Counted from the first letter of the stretch, positions 39,804-53,406 are shown. The stretch: 64,000 nt of DNA from Octopus sinensis (GCF_006345805.1 NC_043000.1:43648001-43712000); one strand, 5' to 3'. Notes: generated by a model from the letters alone, not told the origin. Numbers and translations: made by a program.

Positions 39804-40348
39804 ATATCGGTGCAGCGACTTCGGTAGCATTTCGCCGACGTCTTTTCGAGAACTGGCATTATTGACACAGCAGGCTTTGAGGCTTACCGCGGGGGTACGC
39901 CGCTCCTATCGGACAAAGGTATACAGTGCTGCAAGAAGCTGATATAAGTGGAGGAACAAGAAGATGTACTGGGCGGCGTATGCAGTAGGATGGTCTACCC
40001 TATGAACTATATGCTTTCATGTTGTACTTGTTTGCACCGGTTTTAACAGCTGTCCACTGCTCCTTGCAAGAGACGACATTCCAAGTCGTGTCAGCCGGGG
40101 AGTGGTGACGATGCTAAGAAAGATTCCGAACATAGAGGATATGATTGAAAACTTCAGGCCCATAACTCTGCTCAATATTGATGTAAAGATTGTATCTAAG
40201 GTGCTGGCGCTTGTTGTCGGTAGTATACTTAGGGATGCACGAAGCTGTGTGATACTCGGTAAACCTATCTACGACAATCTCCACATCATGCGATACATCG
40301 TAGAACGGGTCAGGAATAGATTGGGCTTTGGAGGGGCACTGGTCATGC
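39804..40348 (+). mobile_element. L1/Tx1 RT fragment, copy 2
   Basis: ORF 40102..40395 is near-identical to 38544..38837. Confidence 0.85.
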
Positions 40349-40481
40349 ACAAATGGGCAGAAAGGAAGCTGTCTCTAAAAGGCTGGCGGAAGTAGCAGAT
40401 AATAATGATTATAATAATAATAATAACAACAACAACAACAACAATAATAATAATAATAATAACAACAAAAACAATAATAAT

Positions 40482-40514
<33 letters not shown>

Positions 40515-40545
40515 TATAATAATAATAATAATAATAATGATGATA

Positions 40546-40765
40546 ATCCTTTCCACTATAAGCACAAGACATGAAATTGTTGGGGAGGAGACTAGTCGAT
40601 TATATCAGCAGCAACGTATTACTGTTACTTAATTTAACGACCCCGAAATGATGGAAGGCAATGTGGACCTCGGCAGAATTTGAACTCAGAACGTCTTTAA
40701 AACGAACGAAATTCCCCTAAGCATTCTGCCCGTCGTGCTAACTATTCTGTCAGTTCGCCACCTTT
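40546..40765 (-). mobile_element. SINE, copy 2 of duplicated unit
   Basis: Near-identical to 38985-39205. Confidence 0.85.
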
Positions 40766-40789
40766 GTAATAATAATAATAATAATAATA

Positions 40790-40885
<96 letters not shown>

Positions 40886-42009
40886 TAATAATAATAATAA
40901 TAATAATAAAAATAATAATAATGATGATGATGATAATAATCATGATTTCAGTATTGAAAATAAAAAAAAAATAAATAAAAGCACTGCTAGGAAAAACAAC
41001 CATTAAATTAACACAATGATATAAGGAGAAAAGTGACAGTTGTTGCCACTATGTGTGATATTTATTTATGTAATCAGTAGACTGTAAATCTACAATTCAA
41101 ATGATGTCACAAGTGTCAGCGAGCTGTTATTGAACTGACTGCTGGCAGAGTAACGCTTGCGTGGTATGAGTTTATTAGCTTTGTTTTGTACACACCATTC
41201 TTTTATGAACAGAGCAAATATAACAATATCAAGTTATAGAAAACCACTTATTCTTTTTGTGATATGGTTTTGTTATCTATCTTAAAAGATGACCCTCTGT
41301 TTTACAGCTTTCTCACCAACCAAAAAGATGAATATATATTAGGGTAATGCCTACCGTTTAAGAATGGCTGAATATAATGTATTTCAAATAGTTATGCCTA
41401 AATTGAACACTCGATTTTTATTTCCTAATTTCAACGCAGCTGGTTACATTAGTGTCATTGTATTAAGTACTTTATTAGCTATACTAATCAGAATTTATTT
41501 TTGAAATGTATCGTTGCATTATATCTGAACCTTCTCTTTTCTCCATTAATTTGATCCACGATTTTTAATTTATTGTTATAAATATTACTCATCTCATAAA
41601 ACCAAGCTTTACAAACACACCTCTATGATGATTGTAAATATGTTTCGCATCATAAAATTAGTTGGGAAATGCATTTAAAACTTTAGTTTCTGTCAATATT
41701 GGGCGGATTGCCTTAGAACTTATGAGAAAATTAAACCATTTTAGACATAGGAGTTATCTATATTTACCAACCATTAACAAAATAATAAATCAAATTATTA
41801 AAAAGCTTTCCAATCGAGCTCAAAAGATGGATACCTAATATAGAAGAATCTCACTGCTGTATAAATGATAAGCGCACTACATATTTACCTCTTGTTTCCT
41901 AGGATTGAAATACTGAACAACAATATTGAAAGCAGTGGGATAAGACATGTTCTGTGAGCCATGTTCCCAGCAAAATTTTTGACTGCATTGAATAAATGTA
42001 GATAAATAG

Positions 42010-42367
42010 TTATAATGCTTAGGGCAGCGGCCTTGCGGTCGTATGATCATGGTTTCGATCGGTCGTTGTGAACGTTTATTCAGCGAAAACACCTAACGCT
42101 CCATGAGGCTCCGGTAGTGGGTGGTTGCGAACCATGTGGTACTCTTTCATCATAACTTTATCTCACTGCTTCTTTGTGTTCCTGTTGTGCCAGTTTTCAA
42201 AGGGTCAGCATCGTCACACTTCGTATGACGCTGAATATCCCCGAGAACTACGTGAAGGGTATACGTGTCTGGGGAGTACTCAGCCACTTGTACATACATT
42301 TCACGAGCAGGCTGTTCAGTGGATCAGTTCAACTGGAAACCTCATCGTCGTAACGGAGGGAGTGCCA
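42010..42367 (+). mobile_element. tRNA-derived SINE (diverged)
   Basis: The 3' half AAAGGGTCAGC...CCCGAGAACTACG...TTTCACGAGCAGGCTGTT...TCGTCGTAAC matches 42629-42946. Confidence 0.8.
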
Positions 42368-42628
42368 CGAGTTATGATAATGAAATTTCAATGTAGCTAT
42401 CACCTAATTAGCAAACCACTTTATATTGTAAGGAATAAATTCATGATAAATATAATAATTAATTCCGCTGAATGAATTGCTGCACTGCACACCTGCGTTG
42501 CCTTAGCTGAGCACCATTTCAAGAGACAGCATTTGTATATGCATATATATTTGTGCGTATGTACATATATATATAATGGAATGAGTGCGTATAAGTGTGC
42601 ATGTGTATATGTATATATATATATGTGA

Positions 42629-42946
42629 GGGCGCGTGGCTTAGTGGTTAGGGCATTCGGCTCATGATCGTAAGGTTGTGAGTTCGATTCCCGGCGACGCG
42701 TTGTGTCCTTGAGCAAGACACTTTATTTCACGTTGCTCCAGTCCACTCAGCTGGCAAAAATGAGTTGTACTTGTATTTCAAAGGGTCAGCCTTGTCACTC
42801 TCTGTGTCACGCTGATTATCCCCGAGAACTACGTTAAGGGTACACGTGTCTGTGGAATGCTCAGCCATTTGCACGTTAATTTCACGAGCAAGCTGTTCCG
42901 TTGATCGGATCAACCGGGACCCTCGTCGTCGTAACCGGCGGAGTCT
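42629..42946 (+). mobile_element. tRNA-derived SINE, well preserved
   Basis: A box TGGCTTAGTGG and B box GAGTTCGATTCC, then GTTGTGTCCTTGAGCAAGACACTT...CCACTCAGCTGG body. Confidence 0.9.
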
Positions 42947-42947
42947 T

Positions 42948-42979
<32 letters not shown>

Positions 42980-42983
<4 letters not shown>

Positions 42984-43122
42984 CACACGCCCCCCCATAT
43001 ATATATATATATATATATACTATATATATATATATGTATATGTGTATATAAGCATACCGTGGTTAAAGTGGTGCCCGGATATCGTATATCGCGACTGTCT
43101 ACATTTCTTTGTCAGACTGTCT

Positions 43123-43203
<81 letters not shown>

Positions 43204-43319
43204 CTATATATATCCATATATATACATATATATATATACATATATATATATAATATATATGTATATATATATAATATATATATATATATACATATATATA
43301 ATATATGGGGGGGCGTGTG

Positions 43320-43323
<4 letters not shown>
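42980..43323. mobile_element. TIR element in (TA)n
   Basis: Perfect 18-bp TIR CATACACACGCCCCCCCA (42980-42997) / TGGGGGGGCGTGTGTATG (43306-43323), with TA arrays outside and inside. Confidence 0.6.
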
Positions 43324-43359
<36 letters not shown>

Positions 43360-43361
<2 letters not shown>

Positions 43362-43572
43362 CCGTTAGCACGCCGGGCGAAATGCGTAGTCGTATTTCGT
43401 CTGCAGTTACGTTCTGAGTTCAAATTCCGCCGAGGTCGACTTTGCCTTTCATCCCTTCAGGGTCGATAAATTAAGTACCAGTTACGCACTGGGGTCGATG
43501 TAATCGACATAATCCCTTTGTCTGTCCTTGTTTGTCCTCACTATGTTTAGCCCCTTGTGGTTAGTAAAGAAG
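43360..43572 (+). mobile_element. SINE, 5'-truncated, well preserved
   Basis: GTTAGCACGCCGGGCGAAATGC...GAGTTCAAATTCCGCCGAGGTCGACTTTGCCTTTCATCC...GGGGTCGATGTAATCGAC. Confidence 0.9.
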
Positions 43573-43596
43573 TATATATACATATATATATATATA

Positions 43597-43707
43597 TCCG
43601 CTCGAAACGTCATACCCTCCTTCTTCCATCTTCCTGAGCGTCTAATAATAATAATACTGTAATTGTTCCACGTGTTGTTGCTTTTTCTGTTTTCCCGTTT
43701 GGATTAA

Positions 43708-43710
<3 letters not shown>
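43597..43710 (+). mobile_element. 5'-truncated copy of hammerhead repeat family A
   Basis: TCCGCTCGAAACGTCATACCCTCCTTCTT...TTTGGATTAAC aligns to 7786-7908 and is flanked by (TA)n on both sides. Confidence 0.7.
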
Positions 43711-43741
<31 letters not shown>

Positions 43742-43816
43742 TATATATATATTATATATATATATATATATGCATATATGTATAGATATAAAAATACATA
43801 TATATGTGTGTGTAGG

Positions 43817-43878
<62 letters not shown>

Positions 43879-44192
43879 AAGATAGAGTGAAATAACATTC
43901 TATAATATTTCCCAGAGCAAAAATAACTAAAGGCATTTCAATATCTGGATGATGACAATGCTGTTGCATTTTCAGGAAAAATTGTATGCTTTTGGCATTT
44001 ATCACAACATTACTTGCTTTTCTCTTTAGGCAACATATTTCACCTGAGTATCGCAACAATTTCTAAACGGACGTGTTCTTATGAAAGGATTCCCTCTACA
44101 GTTTCTTATCAAACAGTCTTACGATGTGGTATCAAAGAGTACCCGGAATAGTTGTGTTTAATAAAAAAGTAAGTTATATAATCGTTAACATT

Positions 44193-44502
44193 GTTTGTTT
44201 TGTGTGTTCCTTCTCGAGCCATGCCTGACTCATAGGGCCGGTTTCCCAATTTCCTTGGCGTATAGGTTCCCCACCCGGATGGGACGCCGGTCCGTCGCAG
44301 GTGAGCAGCAAGATGCAAGAGGAGTGAGTGAGATAAGTTGTGGTGAAAGAGTCAGAAGGTGTTCGCCAATACCTTCTGCGGGAGCCGCGTGAGGCTTAGG
44401 CTTCTCGCTCATAAACACACACACCACCCGGTCTGAGATTAGAACCCGCGATCCTTCGACCGCGAGTTCGCTGCTCTGACCACTAGGTCATGTGCCTCCA
44501 CT
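44193..44502 (-). mobile_element. tRNA-derived SINE with probable TSD
   Basis: The rc head GTGGAGGCACATGACCTAGTGG...GGGTTCTAATCTC has A/B-box-like motifs. Flanks are GTTAACATT / GTTAGCATT. Confidence 0.85.
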
Positions 44503-45959
44503 GTTAGCATTATCTCCTTCGAAATAATCAGCTTGCCGAGTAATACACCTGCCCCAGTATTCCAGTCGCTTTTGGAATCGGCCTAGAGTTAGAGGAACTC
44601 AGTGATAATGTGCATTGTCGTCGTGAAGAATCCAGACTTTAGGATTGCCTGCGCCGACCAATACGAGAGAACAACATTCCTCATGCACAATCTGATGAAT
44701 ATTTTTCATATTTCTAGGTTGGCGGACGTGACAGAGTATAGTTGCCGTCCTTTGTTAAGTAATCATTAACTGCGGTATTCTCCTTTCTTCTGATAAACTT
44801 ATTATGAGGTCTATTGCAGGGATTACATTGTTTCCTATACAGACACACATTGTCTTTCCCTACCGATGTTATGAATCTGCCCTTCAGATACTCTTGAATT
44901 GCATTGTAAAACGTTGGTGGAAAATAGAAAACGGATTCCACAGTACTCCTTTTCACAGGTTAAATATAACACATATTTGAACTGATCTGAAAGTTTGTTT
45001 ACTATCAACGCTACTTTCAATTACCAACTAAAATATTCAATTACCAACTGATTTCAATTACTTACTAAAATAGAAATATAGAAAGCACATCATAAAGACA
45101 ACTTGAAAATTATCCAATCTGATGCGTTTGCTGGAACTCAGAGGGCGAAGAGAAGTATCATGCTCATAAATTATGTTAACTTTCAAGGCATGTGCATTGG
45201 AGAACATAATGTGATCAAACAACAATACAATTTTCCATTCTTCCTCCAGTAAAACCCAAAAGGACACATAATAATATAAGCAACTTAAAAATTGAAGACA
45301 TTATCAACTGGAGGGTTCAGAGCAACACTAAAGTAGTTAAGCACCACACGATCAACTTCTGAATCCTCAGAAATTCCCGATTAGTGATTTCAATGTCATA
45401 ATTTTCCTTCTCTCTAGCTTCATATAGTCAAAACCACGTAACTAAAAGAAAACAAACAACAAAATAAAAGTAACAAACTGTCCTGAGAATTGTGAAATCA
45501 TAGAAATCAAACAATGAAAAGAATATAGTGAAGACTTGTTTTGATTATTGGGAACGCCTTGAAATTTCACAATTTGTTCTTTCCACATCCGCAGTGAACG
45601 CTACAGTAAAACTGTAGACAAAGTCTCGCAAGCCCCACCTGTAAAATTCATCGGTGTCTGTGGGTACATACTATCCATGCCATTCACAGGATTCAAGCTC
45701 ACTAGTCAATTAAATTGGAATACAGTTACTTTTTTTTCTTTCGGTAGATTGCTAATTTGAAGAAAGAAAAACAAAAACGTCAGTAATTAGGAAGATTTCA
45801 TCATACTCAAACGGTATCCGCCTGCTTAACGTGTCTCATTTGAACCAGAATATTCAGATTTTCTAAAGCATATTTGGATCCCTGAATATAGATGGGGCCA
45901 ATGAAAGTAATTTTTATACGAATGTCATGCTGTATATATATATATATATACACACACAT

Positions 45960-46022
<63 letters not shown>

Positions 46023-46184
46023 ATATATATATATATATACATGTGTGTGTGTGTGTGTGTGTGTCTGTCTGTCTGTCTGTCTGAATATTGAGATATTGAG
46101 AGTGAATGATAATATGCCAGTTAATATATAGTACTACTAAAGTTGTTACTGGACTGTATCGTCGGCACTCCAGGAAAATAATTA

Positions 46185-46345
46185 CCAGCATTTCGTCTGT
46201 CATCACGGTCAGTGTTTATATCTCACCGAGTTTGACCTTGTATTTTATAAATTCGCGGTCGACACAATAAGTACCAGGTGAGGACAGGGTTCGATGTAAT
46301 CGACTTACGCCTGACCCGAAATTACTGGTTTTGCGCCAGATTATG
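46185..46345 (+). mobile_element. SINE fragment (diverged)
   Basis: CAGCATTTCGTCTG...AATAAGTACCAG...GGGTTCGATGTAATCGACTTAC. Confidence 0.7.
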
Positions 46346-46406
46346 ATACCGGTATATAATATTGCCCTTCCCCACTCTCTCTCTCTTCCCCTCTCTCTCT
46401 CTTCCC

Positions 46407-46445
<39 letters not shown>

Positions 46446-48549
46446 GCATGTATGTGTGTTTGTCCGTGTGCACGTATATGTATGCACACGCACGCACATC
46501 TTCGTTTGTATGCATGTTGTATGCATGTGCATATGTTTCTATGTGCGTTACTACGAAATGACTGTCGGCTTAACTGTACAACATGCATTTGTGTTTAAAT
46601 TTTATATCAAACTTAACTACAGTACGATGAATCAAATGCTTTTAAATCCTTCATATGCAAACTTTCAAGTAAAGTATTAACCTGTTGAAATATATGATGT
46701 TGTTTTCTTTGAAAGAAATACGATAATCGGAATTTAAAGCTATTTCTGAAACGCGTGATGAGTGGGTAGAACGATGAGCCGTTATTTAAGAGAGAAATAT
46801 ATCTTAACTCGAACAACATGATCTTCGCATTTTAAAAGTTTTTCTCGAGAAATGAGTTGTTAAAATATATCTATATTTAACATCGAATATTTTTGTAAAT
46901 ATTTAATTGCAGGGAAGGTAGTGAATAATAGATTTTATGTAAAGATTGCACTGTTTGAAATAAAATCGTTTCAATGTTCACCTGCTGCTTCCTTTCCTAA
47001 TTTTCACTCCATTTATAACAAAAATGCAATGTTGTCATGCATTAGTTTTGTGTTCGTAATATACAGAGTTCTCTATCTGTCATTAGACTAGTTATATTCT
47101 GTGTCTCTATGACTATTTTCTATATTCAATTCTCAAAATATACAAGCGTCTTCATTCAGTTTGTTGTTTTTAGTTAATTTTCTTTTGTACACTCTCAGAA
47201 ATAAAGTTTAAAAGATTAGATGAATGATGCAGAGCTATGGGTAATGTTGATAGAAGGAAAGAATGTGTGCATATATATCTAAATTCTGCTGTATCGCTTA
47301 TGAACAAATTTTGGAATAATAGGATTTTTCTATATAAAAATAATTACGCTAAAAGATTTCCGCCTTGACCTACCAGCACAATACATGTCGGTATCCATAT
47401 ATCTTCTCATAACAATGTAGTCAGAGACGTAATACCTCGAAAAGCCATTTCATTAAAGCTTTACGGTCTCATAAAGCGTCAGTTACTAATATTTAACGTA
47501 CCGATTCGGGCACCAGGATTCTCTGTAGCAAATAATTCAACTGTTATTATGAACGACGCCTTACCGAAATATATCAATAACTTCTTGATTTGAAAGAAAT
47601 TATCTTTTTCTTTTCTTCATTGCTAAAATTTCGCTAATGGAATTTACTTATAGTAACAGCAGTTTATTTTCTCCAAATGTCCATTTGGTTATCAATACTT
47701 TTATGTGCTTAGAAAACCTAATCTACTAACAAAAAGAACACTGTTCTGTGCTTTACTTGTTTTGCTTTTTTCACCCTATCTTTCAGAAGATATCACTATC
47801 ATTTTTAAAAAGCATTTATTGTACACTGAATTTGATATAATAATTATATCCATTTGACTATTTGAAGGGTGTATTCCATCTCAAAAATAAATTTAGTATT
47901 GAAGAATTGGATATGTTAAATTTTATTGTTTGTTTAGAATATTGGTATTTTAAGAATCATTTCTCTCATTCGTATAATTACCTGTTGGACAAAGTCCGAT
48001 AAGCAAAATCAGGCAGAATATCAACTATATAATTCCCAAAGATATTCAAGTAGATATTTCTTTTTTTTTAACTACTCCCCCATTTATCCGTAATCGATAT
48101 CTGATTGAAAGACTGTTACTATACACCTATATCTATTCGTGTATATATACTACATTTCAGTTTTCATTTAAATATGTCGTCTGCTTTTTTGTAAATGCTT
48201 AACTATCATTCCATCCCAATGAATAAATCACATATACCTTAGCCATATATTAATCTATAAAAATCTTTGTAAAAACAACGTTATTGAAAATTTTCTATAT
48301 TTTGCTTTGTCAATAGATATGAAAATCTTTTAACTTGTAGCTTTGGGGGTCTCTCTTTTTCTGGAACACACACGACACTAACGATACATTTTAAAGGAGT
48401 AAAACAGAATGTGCGCAAAGTTACTTATAACTATCCCGCTTACGTTCTTCACACTATAGATTTATTAGTGTTTCTTTAAATATGACGCAAGCAGGAAGTC
48501 AAAGAATACAAAATACACAATTTACGCTCAATTTCACTTATGTATGCAT

Positions 48550-48554
48550 GTCTG

Positions 48555-48626
<72 letters not shown>

Positions 48627-48659
48627 GCTATCTATTTATCTATTTATCTATCTATCTAA

Positions 48660-48690
<31 letters not shown>

Positions 48691-48700
48691 ATTATCTACA

Positions 48701-48787
<87 letters not shown>

Positions 48788-48840
48788 TTATCTTTCGATC
48801 GATCGTTCGATCGATCTGTCTGTCTGTCTATCTGTCTGTC
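48550..48840. repeat. (TCTA)n microsatellite
   Basis: Direct run; it produces the SIYL-repeat ORF 48482..48691. Confidence 0.95.
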
Positions 48841-50091
48841 AATTTATAAGTCTCCCAGCATGTTTGTTTGTCTGTTCCTCTATCTCTATGTATGCATATA
48901 TCATTTATGCATTATTTAAACTTAATTTCATAGCAGCCGATTTATTTCACCGAACGTGCTTACGTTTAAAGAACTTTGAAGGGAAAACGAATAGTGATTA
49001 CCTAAATATCCTGAATATCATATTTCTTAAAGATACAAAATCCACTCTATTGTATCTTTAACGAATAGTTTACAAAATCCAGTACTTAAGTGTTTGTTTT
49101 ACAACATATGTATTAAAAATCGTATTTATACAGTATAAAGCATATTTGCTTTGTGGATTATCTATATTTGAATACCTCAAATATCTTCAGTAATGAACTT
49201 AATGCCAATATATTAACACAAATTTCATATAATATAATGAAATGAATTCATCAAATTTACCTCAATACTGCCTATATTTACACTTCTCCTTAAAAATTAT
49301 TCTCGAATTGTTGAAGATAAACATAAAAGCCGAGATGTATCACGCCAAAGTAAAGGAAACATGTCAGTCGGAAATCTTCATATATGATTTGCTAATATCC
49401 GGTCAAGCATCCAAAGCATAGCATAACTGTTCAGAATAAAGAGGAATTGTTCACCCTACGTCATTATAATCTGACAGCTTCCACACAGAAAGCTATATCA
49501 ACTTGGCTTTCACTCTTCCGGAGGAAAAAAAGAAATATTGAATGCCTATACAGCGTGTGTGCCCCGCATGGTATAACTTAGAACACAGCTAATAATGAAC
49601 AGCATTATTAAATTAACCACAGTAATGGTTTAGCGTAGCAGAGAGACATATGCCCTTAATTTGAAAGAAAAGTATACGGACGATTCCTATGTAAATATTA
49701 GTCCATGATATTAAATAAATGTAGATTAATGGAACAAACTTGTATGACATCACCGTATAAAGAAAATGAAACTTTACCCTGAAGTGGGGATTTAGTTTTA
49801 AGAAAAAGAATCGATTGCAGAGTGGATATTTCCTTGCCTCGAAACTTGAATACAGACCGTAGAACATTAAATATCTATAGTGTTGTCAGCTTATGTTTCT
49901 TTCGATTTGAAATATTTTAGCAGAGTACTTTGCCTGGTATGTGTTGATTTACGATATCACAATATCAGTTCGTGTATTTTGCGATAACTCACCTTAAATT
50001 TTGTTAATTAAACGAAAGTGTTAATATGTGGAATGTTTCAAAGAATTACACGATGGTTTCATTCGAATAAGAGCGAATATTGTAAAATATA

Positions 50092-50645
50092 CAATAATCA
50101 CTCGACATATCGCGGTTCCCCTATCGCGTCCGTAGTACATCACGGAATTTTCGGGCTAATATATCTAAATTTATATTGTGGACTCAGTATGTCTCGAGGT
50201 TCTGCGGCCCACAGGTATTTATAATATTTTAGATTTTAAAAATGTTTGTGATAAAATGAACATTTTCTCGCCTAAAAATTAATAAATCAATTATAAAAAA
50301 TTCAGGACAGTACTGCACTGTATAAAACATTAATTAAAATGTAGTAGAAGAAAATACGTAGTGTACCGTAGACCAGTAAACAAAGAATCGCACATACTGT
50401 ATGGAAAACGAAAATCGAGAGGCGAGTGTGTGGTGTTGTTTTGCATGTGTAGTAAAATATATATACACAAATAACATTAATAAAAAAAATGAATTAGGAG
50501 CGGCTGAGTGGTAAGAAGCTCCCCAACCACATGGTTACGTGTTCAGCCCCACTGCGTAGTAACTTGGGCAAGTGTCACCTATTGTAGCCTCGGGTCGATC
50601 AAAGCCTTGTGAGGGGATTTGGTAGATAGAAAAGAAGCTTGTCGC

Positions 50646-50701
<56 letters not shown>

Positions 50702-50916
50702 CTGCTAGTGTGTATTTGTGTGTCTGTGATTGTCCCCCCACCATCGATTGACAACCGATGTTGGAGTGTTTACGTCCCAATATCTTAGCGGTTCGGCAAA
50801 GAGACCGATAGAATCAGTATCAGGCTTATAAAGAATGAGTACTGTTTCTACTTCGCGGATTTTCACCTATCGCAGGGTTTTGTAATGTAATGTCCACAGT
50901 AGTCGAGGGATTACTG
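50092..50916. mobile_element. pogo/Tigger-like non-autonomous element carrying a nested SINE
   Basis: Left end TA|CAATAATCACTCGAC and right end GTCGAGGGATTACTG|TG (15-bp TIR, 2 mismatches). Subterminal CCTATCGC repeats occur near both ends. Confidence 0.65.
50496..50845 (+). mobile_element. tRNA-derived SINE with internal (TA)(TG)n
   Basis: GGAGCGGCTGAGTGGTAAG...GTTCAGCCCCACTGCG...CCCCCACCATCGATTGACAACCGA...GAGACCGATAGAATCAGTA. Confidence 0.85.
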
Positions 50917-51214
50917 TGGAGAAATACGGGAAGAAACGTGCTGAATTTGTTGCTTCACAGTTATATAGAGGAGTCAAATAGACAAACTGAGTTGTTTATG
51001 GATCTATTGGTTATTGGTAACGGAAATAATTTATGGTAATTCCATTTATCACCGTTTTCTAAAGTATTCATGAGTTTTGTCTTCATAATTAAAAAATAAA
51101 ATGTACCGTTATGACCCACTACATTGTACCAGTTGTCTATATCTTTTAGGCTTCGATATTACCAAATTCACTGCTAATGAATAAGAAATTAATCTTTTGA
51201 CACACACACACACG

Positions 51215-51288
51215 ACATGTTTCTTTCGGTTTCCGTCTACCGAATCCACTCACAAAGCTGGCCCAATGTGACACGTAGTGGGACTGAA
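51215..51288 (-). mobile_element. SINE fragment
   Basis: TTTCCGTCTACCGAATCCACTCACAAAG and GTGGGACTGAAC are reverse complements of motifs in 7157-7324. Confidence 0.8.
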
Positions 51289-51750
51289 CGCCATTTTCTC
51301 TAGCGGTGTCATATGAAATTGTCACCCATAATTATGACCCTAGAATCGATCTATTGCATTGCAAGCTATTTTAGATTTAGGGTTAGTTAGGGTTAGTTAG
51401 GGTTAGGGTTAGGGTTGGGGGAAAAGTATCTTTTTTTCTTCACAAATATAAATAAACCCAATCTGTTTCTTAAAGGAGGGACATATTCATACGGTACAGA
51501 ATGCTTTCACCTCGATAGACGGTCATTGATTGGTTAAAATTACCGAAATGCATGAAATTAAAGACGAAATGTTACAAACTACAGAATTTTCTCAAGAAAG
51601 CCTAGAGAAAATGATGTTTTATAAACACATTCTGCCAGTATACGAAGTTTAATTTTTTTTAGTTACCTAGAAATTATGTTAAAAACTGATCTCATTCGTA
51701 AGATCTCATTCGTAGACATACAATCCCACATATTACTGAATTACCAAATT
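51289..51750. mobile_element. interspersed element containing (TTAGGG)n, possibly Helentron/HINE-like
   Basis: Five TTAGGG units at 51377-51414 plus TTGGGGG. It abuts and interrupts a SINE and has an internal tandem GATCTCATTCGTA x2. The class assignment is an inference. Confidence 0.45.
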
Positions 51751-52642
51751 GGTGTGTGTATGTATGTATGTATGTAATTATCCAATATGTTTGATGTATT
51801 AAATATATTTTAAAACATGCATATTGGGTCTATGGTTGAATAAACGTATTATAATATGTGAACTAACTTGCCTAACTTGATTTTCATTCCTATTTTCATC
51901 TAAACCCTAAAGGTCAAATATTTTGAGCACTTCAAAGTACAGTCTATACATTGCAAAACATGTTTGTACTATTTTAAATATAATTATATGTATGTATATA
52001 TGTATACACACACATACATACATATATACATAGATATATATATATATACATTTGTATATATATGTGTGTATATATATATGAATATATTATACATATATAA
52101 ATATATAATATATATACATACACACTCATATATATATGTATATATAAAATATATACATAGATACAGACGCACACATCTGTATATGGTATATATTTATGTA
52201 AGTGCGCGTTGTATGTGTTTATAAGAATGCTATTTACGATATTGGAAATAAATCACATCATCAGCAATGACTTGATATGAAATAATATAATCATATCATA
52301 GTGAGTATTTGCAACTTCTATGTCACGAAGTAAATATATTGGAGCTTTTTGTCCGATGTATGCATACATATTTGAAATAAATAATAAAAATATGACATTC
52401 CACATCTACACGCAGAGTTTTCTCAATTTTGGTAGACAGAAGCAGTTTAAATATTCTTACTCCGATATATAAACTTCGTTTACTGCAAGCTGAATTTAAA
52501 GTAAAATATTTAGAACTTGACTACACAAACAATAACTAGACTCGCTAATTTGATTTTGTTCCTCAAAATTGTAGAATTGTTGTATAATATTTTTTTTCAT
52601 GTTTCAATATTTCATGCAGAAAAGCGTCGGTTATTGGTCATG

Positions 52643-52677
<35 letters not shown>

Positions 52678-53082
52678 TAGACTCTCATACGCACACACAC
52701 AAACATACACTCTCATACGCACACATATATAATGTGTGTGTGTGTACACCTATATACATGTGTGTGGGTGGGTGTGTTTCTGAGTGTGTATATGTGTGTG
52801 TGAATAAAACTAAGGTGCGCATTGAAAGATTCTTATTTCACAGCACAAGAAAAAGTTAACAGAAAGTACAACAAAGTACTGCATGACCTACTATCAATTA
52901 GACAATCGCAAATGAATGGGAACTGAAAAAAGGGTTTAGTTTTACAAGTATAATTTTGAGGAGATCTTTGTACTTATCACCACTGTCTACAATTTTGTTC
53001 CAATTGTGTTCAAATTTGGTATATGGATTAAGTTTTGTATAATAATTATTAGCCTTTAAATTTTGCAAATTTTGGGTATTTT

Positions 53083-53406
53083 AGCCAATCAGAAACGAGT
53101 ATTTTACAAACTACCGTGAAGTTCTGTTAGTATAGTAAACAAAGAAGCATCACAAATTCTACTGCTGATTGCGAAGAACTCTGTTTCCATAGTAACCCAA
53201 AATGTCGCGCATGCGCACATGAACCGTAGCCAGTACGTGTTCTATAATTGTTTGTTTTCATAACGGTAGGAATTCGATTATAGAACGGTTTTCACTCTTT
53301 GCTTTAACTAGTTTAATGTTTTAACATACAAGTGCCCCCCATCCTTTCTCGCTAGTGTGGCAGATGACGGAAGAGGCAGCGAACACACTGTTTTATGATT
53401 GGCTGA
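53083..53406. promoter_or_regulatory. cluster of CCAAT, X-box, NRF1-like and ETS-like motifs
   Basis: AGCCAATCAG 53083, GTTTCCATAGTAAC 53183, GCGCATGCGC 53207, ACGGAAG 53367 and GATTGGCTGA 53397. These may be TE-borne. Confidence 0.25.

Noticed and set aside
44602-44637. Minus-strand VWILHDDNAHYH resembling the mariner second-D motif
   Set aside because: Flanking transposase motifs (TGDE, YSPDL) are not recoverable, so it may be chance or too decayed.
51377-51421. True telomere or chromosome fusion scar
   Set aside because: Only five units in a single orientation, embedded in an interspersed element.
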